From: Thermoplasmata archaeon
GTDB taxonomy: Archaea > Thermoplasmatota > Thermoplasmata > RBG-16-68-12 > JAGMCJ01
DNA length: 64,000 nt
Reading direction: 5' to 3'
Assembly: GCA_046761045.1 (NCBI GenBank)
Contig: JBHIFJ010000007.1
Span: 74-64,073, forward strand
Part shown: one piece after another, positions 44,196-53,857 of the stretch
Layout of the letters: each line of letters starts with the position of its first letter
Numbering within the stretch: the first letter of the stretch is position 1
Position numbers and translations under genes: made by a program
The notes under the pieces: model-generated
Databases searched by the model: none
The model's input: the letters and a program-made list of their open reading frames with translations, nothing else
Told to the model about the DNA's origin: nothing

Positions 44196-45264
44196 CGACT
44201 TTCTCTAGGGTCTCAATGTCCGCGTTCGTCTTGAAGGCATCTGGCTTGAAATGGGTTCGCGTTGCCAGGAATCCCCTGTCCTTGAGTGCAGCAATCAGGT
44301 CGTCGATGGCGGGCGGATTTGCGAGGAACCCCTTTGCCACCTCACTGGTCGTGTAGAAGAGCGGAGGGGACAGAGCCTCTTCCCTCCACAAGTCCAGAAG
44401 TCTTGAAACCTTGTGTGGGAAATGACTCGGAAGTCTGATGGCACCAAGGAAGCATGAGTCCAGGAGGACATCTGACCAGAGTGGTCCAGCGATTCCAGCC
44501 TCTGGAAGAAGCCTTCTCTCCAAGCCCTTTTCATGGAGATAGCCGAGCCTCCTCAACGTCTCGTTTGCCTTCCCTGCTCCTTTTCTCACTCTGACTATTG
44601 CCCGGAAATAGTGGTCTGTCGAGAAGCAGAGCAACGGCTCTATCCCCCTGTCGAACCTTGCTGCCACCCTTGCGATGTAGCCCAGAAGAATGCGTAGGCC
44701 CAGTTCGTGGCAGTACTCTGTCTTTCTGGGAATGGAATCGTACCTCCTTACGCATGCTCTCTTTCTGGAGCCGCAAAGCACTGGAGTGTCTGTCGCGGTT
44801 ATCCCAACGATTCCCCCGTTGGCTGTGGCACACAGCGCACCCTCTACAAATCGAACCGGGGCGCCGAAGGGATCCACATCCACAAAATCGAATCTGTGTC
44901 TCGCAAGAATGCAGTTCAGATCCTCGTTGGTCGCGGTGCAACCTCTGGCCTCATTCCTCTTGATGTTGCTGAGGATGAGATCACGGCAGGTCGGGTTCCT
45001 GTCGTTCAGGGTTATCTCGAACTCCTGGTCCGCTTCAAGAGCGATGCGGATGCCCGACACGCCCGTCGCCGCAAGACCATCTAAGAGGCGTGCCCCATCA
45101 TGGAGTTCATTCATAGTGATCAAGATGGTGACATCCCTGTTCGTCCGCATGAGAGGATTGTAGAACGGCAGGCGGCTCCTTCGTCCAGGTCCGTGCGGTC
45201 TGTCGACCTTCGGGACCTCAATCTCGGCCAAACCTTCCTTGACTATCTCAGTCTCAAAACTCAA
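44185..45264 (-). CDS. trm1: tRNA (guanine26-N2)-dimethyltransferase
   Basis: FYNP.M..NRD, DGLAATG..GIR, DVDPFGAP, TATD..L.G and HELGLRIL.G. TTG start overlaps the NTPase stop; the longer track ORF is an upstream artefact. Confidence 0.92.
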   Translation of the reverse strand: MSFETEIVKEGLAEIEVPKVDRPHGPGRRSRLPFYNPLMRTNRDVTILITMNELHDGARLLDGLAATGVSGIRIALEADQEFEITLNDRNPTCRDLILSNIKRNEARGCTATNEDLNCILARHRFDFVDVDPFGAPVRFVEGALCATANGGIVGITATDTPVLCGSRKRACVRRYDSIPRKTEYCHELGLRILLGYIARVAARFDRGIEPLLCFSTDHYFRAIVRVRKGAGKANETLRRLGYLHEKGLERRLLPEAGIAGPLWSDVLLDSCFLGAIRLPSHFPHKVSRLLDLWREEALSPPLFYTTSEVAKGFLANPPAIDDLIAALKDRGFLATRTHFKPDAFKTNADIETLEKVVRT

Positions 45265-45806
45265 AGAATCTCGCCCTTGAGGAGCTTGACTATCTTGTAG
45301 GGGAGCAGATTCTTGTTCACCGCAGTTACCTCCAGGATCCTGATGTCGTCCCGCCTTCTGATGTCCTGGAGCAGCGGGTTCCTTGACTTCTTGTGAAGTG
45401 TCAGGATGAGGGGCTTGTCGGCATCGAGAGCGTCCTTGACGGCTTGAACGAAGGGGTCCGATTCCACTTCCATCTTCCCCACTTCGTCGATGACCACGAC
45501 TCCAGAACTCGTCGTGGCGTCCCTGATTGCCTGGACCCCAATCTCCTCTAATGCCTGTATGTCGACACCATACTTGCCAACGTGGACTTTCGAGTCGATG
45601 TCCTTGTGGGCAAACACCTTCCGACCCTTTGTTGCCCAATCCATCACGTAGAAACCCACCCTTAGCTCATTCTCGATGATAGGTTCTGTTATCATCCCTC
45701 CGACAGTATAGTCATCGGCTTCGAGCATTTCAATGACTTTAAGCAACGCGTAGGTCTTGCCAGCACCAGGTAAACCTGTGATGCCGACCTTTACGCTTTC
45801 GCCCAT
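45261..45806 (-). CDS. NTPase, THEP1/NTPCR family
   Basis: ITGLPGAGKT, VGKYGVD, VVIDEVGKME and TLH. Confidence 0.93.
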   Translation of the reverse strand: MGESVKVGITGLPGAGKTYALLKVIEMLEADDYTVGGMITEPIIENELRVGFYVMDWATKGRKVFAHKDIDSKVHVGKYGVDIQALEEIGVQAIRDATTSSGVVVIDEVGKMEVESDPFVQAVKDALDADKPLILTLHKKSRNPLLQDIRRRDDIRILEVTAVNKNLLPYKIVKLLKGEIL

Positions 45807-45903
45807 TTTGAGGCCCCTATTCTCGTAGAGCTTTGCGTTCGCAGCCTAGGTGTATGCGTTCGCAGTATAAAATATTATTTTGCTGAGCAAAAGAAAAAGT
45901 GTG

Positions 45904-46665
45904 TCATCCCACCAGCACCAATCCAGCCATCACAAGCAGCCCCAGCAGGAGTCCCGCGAGCTGGAAAGCGGACCTTCCGGGCTGGGTCTCCTTCTGGAGT
46001 TCGGGTATCAAATCTGACCCTGCGATGTATATGAATCCTCCTGCGGTGAAGGGAACAAGATAGACAACCAGATCAGGCACTTGCCCCCCAATCAAGAGCA
46101 CCAAGACTGCACCGAGAATCGCGACAGAGGCGCTCAGGAAGTTGAACCATAGGGCCTTCCTCGTCGTGTACCCCGCGTGAACCAGTACGCCGAAGTCTCC
46201 GATTTCTTGAGGGATCTCGTGAAAGAGAACCGCCATGGTCGTTGCTATTCCCAAAGGGACAGATACGATGAAGCTGCCCGCAATTATCATTCCGTCGATG
46301 AAGTTATGGAGGCCATCGCCGACGAGGTTCGTCGTCGCAAAGGCCTTTGGGCATTCCCCCACCTCGGCGGCCTCACAATGATGCCAGTGCACGAATTTCT
46401 CCAGCACGAAGAAGACGAGTATGCCGAGAAGGATTCCACCTGAGATCTCCATGCCGAAGGAACGTTCCTCAACGGCTTCCGGTAGGAGGTGCATGAACGC
46501 ATCACCCAGGAGAGCACCCGCCGAAAAGCTCACGAGAATGAGGACGGCTCTCCTAAGTCTGTCCTCTCTCATCGATATGAAAGCCAGGCCTATGACAGAC
46601 ACGACGCTAACGATGAAGACACTGACGAGCGAGAAAACCCAAGTGAGCGAAGCTTCCAAAGACAC
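45904..46665 (-). CDS. ZIP-family metal transporter
   Basis: FSAGALLGDAF.HLLPEA, GDGLHNFIDG, HEIPQEIGDFG and YIA.SDLIPEL. Confidence 0.93.
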   Translation of the reverse strand: MSLEASLTWVFSLVSVFIVSVVSVIGLAFISMREDRLRRAVLILVSFSAGALLGDAFMHLLPEAVEERSFGMEISGGILLGILVFFVLEKFVHWHHCEAAEVGECPKAFATTNLVGDGLHNFIDGMIIAGSFIVSVPLGIATTMAVLFHEIPQEIGDFGVLVHAGYTTRKALWFNFLSASVAILGAVLVLLIGGQVPDLVVYLVPFTAGGFIYIAGSDLIPELQKETQPGRSAFQLAGLLLGLLVMAGLVLVG

Positions 46666-46729
46666 AACCCGCAGAGAAGAAAGGCACTACATTAATTTTG
46701 TCCATGCATGCAATTTGATCGAAAGATGA

Positions 46730-46831
46730 TGTCGAGCACGTCAAAAACCATCGATTACCGTTACAGCCTAAAGGGGGGCGCTGTTTTTGACGGCGTAAAG
46801 GAGGGTTTGCGCTTAACGGGCGTGCTCGACA
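46730..46831. ncRNA. Candidate structured RNA or regulatory element
   Basis: Nested inverted repeats TGTCGAGCACG/CGTGCTCGACA, CGTCAAAAAC/GTTTTTGACG and CCGTTA/TAACGG, plus two similar hairpins. Confidence 0.4.
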
Positions 46832-46951
46832 CCCGAGTCGGAAACTATTCCGTCCTCTGATACATTCTAGTAATCGGCATATTAAATATTTTCTTGTGCG
46901 TTTCTCTAATTCACACTTAAGTCTTTCGGTCGTTCTGGGCTCGGTCCTAGG

Positions 46952-47710
46952 CTAATCCATACTCCGAGACTTCGTTTCCTTCTCTTTCCTGCTTGAGTAG
47001 AATGGTCCTAGGAGGATATAGGCAGCGATCAAGGCAACACCAATGAGGGCAAAGAGGCTTGTGTAATCGGCATACTGCCCTGACGACAGAGACAGTATCG
47101 ATGCAGCCACCATCAACAGGATGCCTGCGGTCGCCAGTACCGTCAACCCACCTCGAAGCTTAGGATACCGGAGGCTCGTCAGCATCAAACTGCCTGCTAG
47201 GGCCATTACAGCGAGCAGAGGAATGCGAGAACCAAATTCCTCGCTTGCCATATTGTCTAGAAGAAGGAAGACCGCAAGCACGAGAAAAGCCGCCCCAGGT
47301 GTTGGGAGACCCTCGAAGTTTGGCTTCTGGTATCCTTGCTCGGCGAACCTTGCCAGCCTTATAAGGCCCGTGCACACATAGAACGTTGGCACTGATACAG
47401 CCAGGGTGTTCTCCCAGGAGACCCAAGCGGAACCTCTGGAGACATCGTAGGTCACCGTGTACATCAGGGTGGCGGGTGCGAAGCAGAACGAGACAGAGTC
47501 AGCGAAGAAGTCCAGGTACCTCCCGAATTCGTGTTTCGTCCCGAACTTCCGAGCGAGAGCGCCATCCAGGCCATCAAGGAGGACGGCCACGAACAGCAGA
47601 AGGCTGGCAAGACCGAACAAGCCATCCACAACATAGGTTATTGCCAAGAACCCGACCAAGGCGTTGACCATCGTGAAGATATCTGCTATTGATGCCTTCC
47701 TAGGATTCAT
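46952..47710 (-). CDS. pssA: Archaetidylserine synthase (CDP-alcohol phosphatidyltransferase)
   Basis: DGLDGALAR....FG..LD..AD..SF..AP, RLARF and FEGLP.P. SD GGAGG before ATG 47710. Confidence 0.88.
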   Translation of the reverse strand: MNPRKASIADIFTMVNALVGFLAITYVVDGLFGLASLLLFVAVLLDGLDGALARKFGTKHEFGRYLDFFADSVSFCFAPATLMYTVTYDVSRGSAWVSWENTLAVSVPTFYVCTGLIRLARFAEQGYQKPNFEGLPTPGAAFLVLAVFLLLDNMASEEFGSRIPLLAVMALAGSLMLTSLRYPKLRGGLTVLATAGILLMVAASILSLSSGQYADYTSLFALIGVALIAAYILLGPFYSSRKEKETKSRSMD

Positions 47711-48314
47711 CGATGACCTCCGCAATCTGGGATTCGCCTGCTCTGACACTGTGGTTCAGCGGCACGGTGATTCTGCAGCACCTTGGAAGCGACAGATTCA
47801 CTCTTGAGCCGAATCTGATTATCCCGATTCGCTGCCCCTTTCTCAACTTGTCCCCTGCTTTGACATAGGGAAGTATTCTTCTGGCCACGATTCCTGTGAT
47901 TAGGGTCACGGCGAAATCCCCAACTTTGCTCGAGATGATCATCTCAATCCTCTCATTCGTTCTCGAGATGTCTCTGAAGGCAGGTTCGTGACTTCCGCGT
48001 ACGCGCGTCGAATCAACGACCTTGCCGGCGTATGGAGACCTGGTGACGTGCACATGTCGGAGGCCCATGACTATTGACAGCGTTCCCTCGTCTTCGTCCA
48101 AGAATGCAACCCTCCCGTCAGCGGGAGACACGATTCCATCGCCCACAACCCTCTCAGGGTCGCGGAAGAAGACGGCCATGGAGGCCGCAGTCATGAATAG
48201 GATGGCCGAGACAACGTACGCGATCATCGAGTGGGTCCAGAGGGAAACAGATGTCATGACCATTGCCAGGACGAGTGGCGTTGAAATCCATGCCAAGCTC
48301 CCCCTGGCAAACAT
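47700..48314 (-). CDS. psd: Archaetidylserine decarboxylase proenzyme
   Basis: FFRDPER...SPADG.V, VHV.RSP..G, NER, ARRI and pyruvoyl site G.IRFGSRV. Start at ATG 48314. Confidence 0.9.
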   Translation of the reverse strand: MFARGSLAWISTPLVLAMVMTSVSLWTHSMIAYVVSAILFMTAASMAVFFRDPERVVGDGIVSPADGRVAFLDEDEGTLSIVMGLRHVHVTRSPYAGKVVDSTRVRGSHEPAFRDISRTNERIEMIISSKVGDFAVTLITGIVARRILPYVKAGDKLRKGQRIGIIRFGSRVNLSLPRCCRITVPLNHSVRAGESQIAEVIDES

Positions 48315-48468
48315 GCCCTCGCAATATCGCGGTGAGAATAAGGACTTTTTGGGGGTCGGCCGAGAGGATTCCCGCGAGGAGAGAGATGGCCGTGACTCTC
48401 TGCCAATCCTTGGCGCAATTGCCTTCCCCGGGGAAGGGCTTTTATGAACGATGAATATCCCGTATCGA

Positions 48469-49662
48469 ATGGAACTCGAATACGATGTTCTTGTTGTCGG
48501 TGCAGGCCCAGCGGGGAGCACGGCCGCCAAATACGCGGCTAAAGCGGGTGCTGACGTTCTACTCATCGAGAAGAGACAGGAGATCGGCACTCCCGTCAGA
48601 TGTGGAGAGGGTGTTGCGAAGAGATGGCTCGATGAGATGGGACTGGAAGCCACGAGCAGGTGGATAGCTCACGAAGTCGACGGGGCTAGGATAGTCAGTC
48701 CAGATGGAAGCTTTGCTGAGGTCGACGAGACCTTGGCGGGAAACGAATGTGGTTACATCATCGAGCGGGACCTATTCGATAGAGCTCTTGCCAAGCAGGC
48801 AATCTTGGCGGGCACAGACCTGATGGTTCGGACAAGCGCGATGAATCTGCTCTTTGAGAATGGACGGGTTGCTGGTGCAAGGCTTAGCTCCTTTGGCAAG
48901 GTCCTCGACGTGACAGCCAAGATTGTCATTGGTGCAGATGGTTATGAGTCCCAAGTCGGTCGTTGGGCGGGAATCGACACATCCCTCCGACCAAGGGACA
49001 TCGATTCCTGCTTCCAGTACACACTTGTCGGAATAGAGGGCGATTCCAGACTCAACCACTTCCACCTGGGGAGCTATGCCCCCGGAGGCTACATATGGGT
49101 CTTCTGGAAAGGAGATGATATGGCCAACGTGGGCATTGGCGTCCAACTGAGCAAGATCGGTGGAAAGGGACAAGCACGTCGGCTCTTGGACGACTTCATC
49201 ACCAAGAGAGAAGAGTTGAGCAAGGGCAAGGTCATCGAGCAGGTGTCGGGTGCTGTTTCCATCTGCGCCCCAATCGAACGAACCGTCACTGATGGGCTAA
49301 TGCTTGTCGGCGACGCTGCAAGGATCACCGATCCGATCACTGGCGGGGGAATCCACCACGCTTGCATTTGTGGCAAGATAGCAGGGGAAGTGGCCGGTGA
49401 AGCTGTCAACTCCGAGGACCCCTCCTCGGCATTCCTGGCAAAGTATGAGAAGCTCTGGCGGGACAGGCTCGAGGAGAGGTTGTACAGGAATTGGATGATA
49501 AAGGAGAAGCTGACGACACTCACAGACGATCAGCTCAACAAGATAATCTCAGCCATATCGGACTATGATTGGAAAACGCTGAGCGTGGCGGAAATCCTCA
49601 GTGCGATAAGAGAGAGGCTCCCGGAAATGCAGGCCGACGTTGAGGATTTCTTGAGCATCTGA
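48469..49662 (+). CDS. Digeranylgeranylglycerophospholipid reductase (GGR)
   Basis: GAGPAG, EKRQEIG.PVRCGEG, R..FD, PGGY.W.F.KG..AN.G.G and GDAA....P.TGGGI. Confidence 0.92.
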   Translation: MELEYDVLVVGAGPAGSTAAKYAAKAGADVLLIEKRQEIGTPVRCGEGVAKRWLDEMGLEATSRWIAHEVDGARIVSPDGSFAEVDETLAGNECGYIIERDLFDRALAKQAILAGTDLMVRTSAMNLLFENGRVAGARLSSFGKVLDVTAKIVIGADGYESQVGRWAGIDTSLRPRDIDSCFQYTLVGIEGDSRLNHFHLGSYAPGGYIWVFWKGDDMANVGIGVQLSKIGGKGQARRLLDDFITKREELSKGKVIEQVSGAVSICAPIERTVTDGLMLVGDAARITDPITGGGIHHACICGKIAGEVAGEAVNSEDPSSAFLAKYEKLWRDRLEERLYRNWMIKEKLTTLTDDQLNKIISAISDYDWKTLSVAEILSAIRERLPEMQADVEDFLSI

Positions 49663-49710
49663 ATCAGAAACTGATCATGTCGTGGAGTGAGGTCTCCTAC
49701 CCGTGCTGGA

Positions 49711-49845
49711 TTAGTTTTCGTCTCCCTTCTTCTTGGGTTTCTTGAGGCGAGACCTCTTCGTCTTGGACTTCCCTTTTGAGTCCTTCGACACGAAGTCGTA
49801 GGGGTTCTCTCTTAGCAGCATCGATTCTTCCTCACATGCCGTCAT
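49711..49845 (-). CDS. Possible small Lys-rich protein (36-44 aa)
   Basis: Read by hand: MTACEEESMLLRENPYDFVSKDSKGKSKTKRSRLKKPKKKGDEN. SD-like GTGAGG before the internal ATG at 49821. Confidence 0.35.
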   Translation of the reverse strand: MTACEEESMLLRENPYDFVSKDSKGKSKTKRSRLKKPKKKGDEN

Positions 49846-49920
49846 GTGCTGCGAACTAAAACATATTCCGAGACGATTATCAGGACTGATAATTAGCTTC
49901 TCTTCTTGTGCAGGGCCGGC

Positions 49921-50688
49921 TCAGTCCCTTTGTAGATCCTCGCCTCCCTCAAAGCAGATCTGAAGCAGGCTGTAGACATCTTCAAAGCCGAGGAGGGCAT
50001 CCGATGAGACCACCGTCAGACCTCGATAGGCTCCCACTTCGTCCAGTGCGCCAAGGAACCCTATGCTCGGAATACCAGACGAATCCCCCATTTCATCGAC
50101 CAGGGCATCGTGGAGTCTGTCGGTGCTGGACGCCCAACCGAGAATAGCAGCTGTTTCATCCTCCGAAAGGAGGTCGGCCTTGGATAGTATGTTAATCAGG
50201 GGGATTGCGAATCTGAAGCTAGTGGTCACCGAGAGCATAAGCAGGGACACCAGTCCCGAGGGCTTCCTGGCAAGCTGGGGGTCTAACAGAAACAGTATTG
50301 CCGAATTCTCTAATCCGAAGACGTCAACGACCTCCCTGCTCGACTCCCTGAAGGCAAACAGCTCCATCTGTCCCGGCGTGTCGACAAGAACGTAGTCGGA
50401 GTGGAACTCCTCCAATGTCTTCGTGATGTCTCTCACCTGAAGGGCAATCAGATCGGCGCACACTATCTGCGCTCCGTTCGGTCCGAGAGAGTACTCCTCC
50501 ATCACTCCTTCCAGAGTTATCCAATCCCTGACATCAACCTCCGGTTCGTACTGAAGTTCATCCACACCTGGGTCAAGATTCACCGTGATTGAGTCAAATC
50601 CCTGAGTGTTCATCCAGGTTCTGAATGCATACGTCATCGTCGTCTTTCCGCAGCCCGCGGTCCCAACCAAAAAGAGGTATCTTGACAT
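49921..50688 (-). CDS. GPN-loop GTPase
   Basis: GTAGCGKT, NLDPG, LGPNGA, DTPGQMELF and SKADLL. Confidence 0.95.
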   Translation of the reverse strand: MSRYLFLVGTAGCGKTTMTYAFRTWMNTQGFDSITVNLDPGVDELQYEPEVDVRDWITLEGVMEEYSLGPNGAQIVCADLIALQVRDITKTLEEFHSDYVLVDTPGQMELFAFRESSREVVDVFGLENSAILFLLDPQLARKPSGLVSLLMLSVTTSFRFAIPLINILSKADLLSEDETAAILGWASSTDRLHDALVDEMGDSSGIPSIGFLGALDEVGAYRGLTVVSSDALLGFEDVYSLLQICFEGGEDLQRD

Positions 50689-50694
50689 ACTTAG

Positions 50695-50768
50695 CGGGCC
50701 TGAAGGGATTCGAACCCCTGACCTATCGGTTAAGAGCCGATCGCTCTACCTGGCTAAGCTACAGGCCC
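50695..50768 (-). tRNA. tRNA-Lys (anticodon CTT), no intron, CCA not encoded
   Basis: Reverse complement reads GGGCCTGTAGCTTAGCCAGGTAGAGCGATCGGCT-CTT-AACCGATAGGTCAGGGGTTCGAATCCCTTCAGGCCCG. Confidence 0.97.
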
Positions 50769-50805
50769 TTGCTATTCTGTTGGAAAACGTATTCAGTATA
50801 TATGC

Positions 50806-53682
50806 CTATTCGATGAAGATTGCGGGCCGCCAAGGCCTTGCATTCTTGGCTCTCGACTTGGGATCGTAGCGTTCCGCGTTGTCGGCCGCGAAAACCGAGA
50901 TCTCGCACTTGAACTCTCTCTCCAAGAACTCCTTGGACTCCTCAAGATAGGCCTTCTCGTTTGTGGGATGGGAGAACAGATCGAGGTCAGAGGGCTTCAT
51001 TTTGGTTATCCGATCAACCAGAGCAGGTGCGTATTTCGAAGCCTCTTTTGCCACGACCTTCACGGCCTCATCTTTCAAGGCCTCCTTCAACAGAGCCCCC
51101 ACCTCCAGTTTCCCTTGCTTTTTCAGTTCGACGGCAGTCACGAACATGTCGGTCATCCACCTCGGATGGGTGTAGAAGACCAGCCGTTTGGGTGTCATTC
51201 CAGTCGCCCTCAGAATCTGCCTGACATCATCGAGCGTGTTCCGGAAGAATCTCTCGGATGCCTCCAGTTCCACGTTGATGGACCCCTGGTCAACATCAGG
51301 AAGCATGGCATGTGAGGCGAATCCTTCCTTTCCAGCGCCGCTCCAAATCTCCTCGCAGATGTGTGGCACGAAGGGGGCGAGCAGAAGAGTTTGCAGTTCC
51401 ACGAAGTCCGCCAGAACCCGAGAATTGGGGACATCGTTGCATCTTCTGAGATACCAATTCCACTCCACTTGGAGGTCAAAATATCCATGCTTCAGTGCGG
51501 TCCTTGGATACAGTGCCTTCATTGCTTCGTTGTATTTCCCAAGGGTATCATTCATCACAGATCTGAACCACCGGTCTATCTGGCGAACGTCGTCACGAGT
51601 TTCGTGCTCTCCCAGTGCGTATCGCATCCACTGGTACAGCTTCTTTCCTATGGTGTCCGCGAACTCTCCGTCGAATGATGGGTCGTCCAGACCCTCTCCA
51701 CCCTGAGCCAGTGTGATTCTGGTCACATCTGCGCCCCACACACTCACTGCATCTCTGATGTAGGTCACTACGCCGTGTGACTTTGACATCCTTTGCCCTT
51801 CCAGCTTCACGAACCCGTTGATTCCAAAGCCTCTGGGCCATTTTTCTTCCGGGAACATTGCCACATGGTTGAAGATGCAGAATGCCAGATGATTCTGTAT
51901 CAAGTCCTTGCCGGAATTTCTCAGGTCGAACGGATACCAATACTGGAACTCATTCCTCATTCTCTCCAACGTCCCCTCGTCGATTCCCGTGTTCTCGCAG
52001 ACGGACCGAGCATCCCCGCTTCCGAGCAGAACGTAGTCAAAGAGGCTATCATCGATCTTGTCGGCGATTTCCTCGGGGAACAGATGACAGAAGGTGTAGT
52101 AAGACATGTAAATCGTGGAGTCGGAAAGGGATTCGATTACCCAGCTCTCGTCCCAGGGGAGAGAGGTCCCCAGGCCGTGATGGTGAGCACAAGCCCATTC
52201 TCGTAGCCAATCCAAGACATACTCGAACTGCCTTCTCGCCACCTCCGGCAGCAGATTCATTCTGTCCAAAGCCCGATGAGCCAGCTTCTTCCATTCAGGA
52301 TTGCCGTAATCGAGGAACCATTGATTAGAGACGAGTTTCACGATGGCGGGGGTCAGGCATCTGCAGACAACCTCCCCACTGGGCTCATACATGATGTCCG
52401 CCTCGCCCGTCTCAATCATTCTTTCCTTGATTATCTCCTTTGCCTCCTCCACTCTCATTCCGGCTATTTCTCCACAATCCTCGTTCATGACGCCAGTGTA
52501 GTAACCTGTTCGGTAGATCTCGTCCTTTGCCGTGTCGAGCTTGTCTCTCTCCATCTGATTCCGGATGCCCATGCGGTCCACTATCTCGGCTGCTGGAAGA
52601 GGTCCCCAGCCCTCTGATGTGATTATCGGGACTGGTTTGATTCTCCTGACCTCATCAGGGTTCAGGCCGAACTGCAGGAGTGTGGCATCATCCTCCTGAA
52701 GGTCCCTAAGAGCTATCCAATCATCCGGAGCATCCGATGGAACGCTTGTGACTATTCCCGTGCCCTTCCTCTGATCTATGAACCGCGAAGGCAGAACGGG
52801 TATCTCCTTGCCGATCACGGGCGCTCTGACGCCCTTCCCTATGAGATCACTGCCGTTGATTGAGCCGACAACCTCGACATCCTTTTTCTGCTCTGCTAGC
52901 TTCTGGGCAGCTTCCGTGCTGACTATCCAGACTTCCGATCCAACACGCACCTCCTTATATTTCACATTGGGATCCACCCAGAGGTTGGTCTGGCCGAAAA
53001 CCGTTTCGGGCCTCAGTGTTGCTGCCAGAAGGAATTTCCCTTCGTACGGAAACTTGAGAAGCACGAATTCGGCGGGAGTCTCCCCTTCCCCCTCGAGCCT
53101 GTCGTGATCCCCAACGGGAGCCTCGTCATTGGGGCACCAGATTACTGGATGTTCCCCAAGCTGCAGGTAGCCCCTTTCTTTCAGCTTCCTGAACTGCCAC
53201 TTGACAAAACTGTCATAGAAGGGATTCAGGCGCGTTGTGATGAAGGACCTCCTCCAATCGACGGAGGCTCCAAGGCGCCTCAAGTCTTGCTTCGCCTGAG
53301 GCGGGAAGTATTGGGTCCAATAAACGGGGTCCTTGAACTTGCCTACCTCCTCCTCAGGAATCCCCATGTCTCTCATTATTCGCACCTGCCGTTCCTCTCC
53401 CTCTGCTATTCGATTGGCCGCTGCGACTATGGGCAGGCCTGTGCAGTGGAAAGCCTGAGGTAGAAGCACATTGTACCCTCGCATCCTCATGTACCTGGCC
53501 AGGATTTCCGCGTGCAGAAAGGTGACGCCAAATCCTAGATGAAGATAGCCGTTCATGTAGGGATAGGGCACATTGAGAAAGAACTTGGGCTTCCCTTCTT
53601 TGGCATCGGCCTCAAACGCTCCCGCCTCCTCCCACTTGTTCTGCCATTTCGATTCGATCTCCAGTACTTCCTCGATTTTCAT
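50806..53682 (-). CDS. leuS: Leucine--tRNA ligase (archaeal type)
   Basis: PYPYMNGYLHLGF, DHDR..GE, ATLRPET.FG.TN, IESLSDSTIY, SGKDLI.NHL and RMSKS. Start is 53682 or 53697. Confidence 0.97.
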   Translation of the reverse strand: MKIEEVLEIESKWQNKWEEAGAFEADAKEGKPKFFLNVPYPYMNGYLHLGFGVTFLHAEILARYMRMRGYNVLLPQAFHCTGLPIVAAANRIAEGEERQVRIMRDMGIPEEEVGKFKDPVYWTQYFPPQAKQDLRRLGASVDWRRSFITTRLNPFYDSFVKWQFRKLKERGYLQLGEHPVIWCPNDEAPVGDHDRLEGEGETPAEFVLLKFPYEGKFLLAATLRPETVFGQTNLWVDPNVKYKEVRVGSEVWIVSTEAAQKLAEQKKDVEVVGSINGSDLIGKGVRAPVIGKEIPVLPSRFIDQRKGTGIVTSVPSDAPDDWIALRDLQEDDATLLQFGLNPDEVRRIKPVPIITSEGWGPLPAAEIVDRMGIRNQMERDKLDTAKDEIYRTGYYTGVMNEDCGEIAGMRVEEAKEIIKERMIETGEADIMYEPSGEVVCRCLTPAIVKLVSNQWFLDYGNPEWKKLAHRALDRMNLLPEVARRQFEYVLDWLREWACAHHHGLGTSLPWDESWVIESLSDSTIYMSYYTFCHLFPEEIADKIDDSLFDYVLLGSGDARSVCENTGIDEGTLERMRNEFQYWYPFDLRNSGKDLIQNHLAFCIFNHVAMFPEEKWPRGFGINGFVKLEGQRMSKSHGVVTYIRDAVSVWGADVTRITLAQGGEGLDDPSFDGEFADTIGKKLYQWMRYALGEHETRDDVRQIDRWFRSVMNDTLGKYNEAMKALYPRTALKHGYFDLQVEWNWYLRRCNDVPNSRVLADFVELQTLLLAPFVPHICEEIWSGAGKEGFASHAMLPDVDQGSINVELEASERFFRNTLDDVRQILRATGMTPKRLVFYTHPRWMTDMFVTAVELKKQGKLEVGALLKEALKDEAVKVVAKEASKYAPALVDRITKMKPSDLDLFSHPTNEKAYLEESKEFLEREFKCEISVFAADNAERYDPKSRAKNARPWRPAIFIE

Positions 53683-53709
53683 TTCGATTCTCACCACTAA
53701 TCCTGCCGT

Positions 53710-53831
53710 GGCAAAAAGCCTTTTGCCTCGTCCTACGTAATAGGACGGCTCGCGATATTTTTAAATACGGTCCTGCAGATACGGGATGCAGCACGTCCTG
53801 TTGTTCTCGGTTTGTATGACGCTCGTCCTAC
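53710..53831. promoter_or_regulatory. Divergent leuS/RHH promoter region with candidate operator repeats
   Basis: TATA ATTTTTAAATA (~53757). Palindrome CGTCCTA-N5-TAGGACG (53729-53747). GTCCTR also at 53770, 53795 and 53825. Confidence 0.5.
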
Positions 53832-53857
53832 ACAATCGAGGGCAAGGTGGTGGATCG

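Noticed and set aside
46726-46860. C/D box sRNA or replication-origin ORB reading of the structured element
   Set aside because: The C box is imperfect and ~130 nt from CTGA. The G-strings lack the ORB core, and no cdc6/orc1 gene is adjacent.
50695-50768. tRNA as an integration site
   Set aside because: No duplicated tRNA 3' end or integrase seen; both flanks are core genes.
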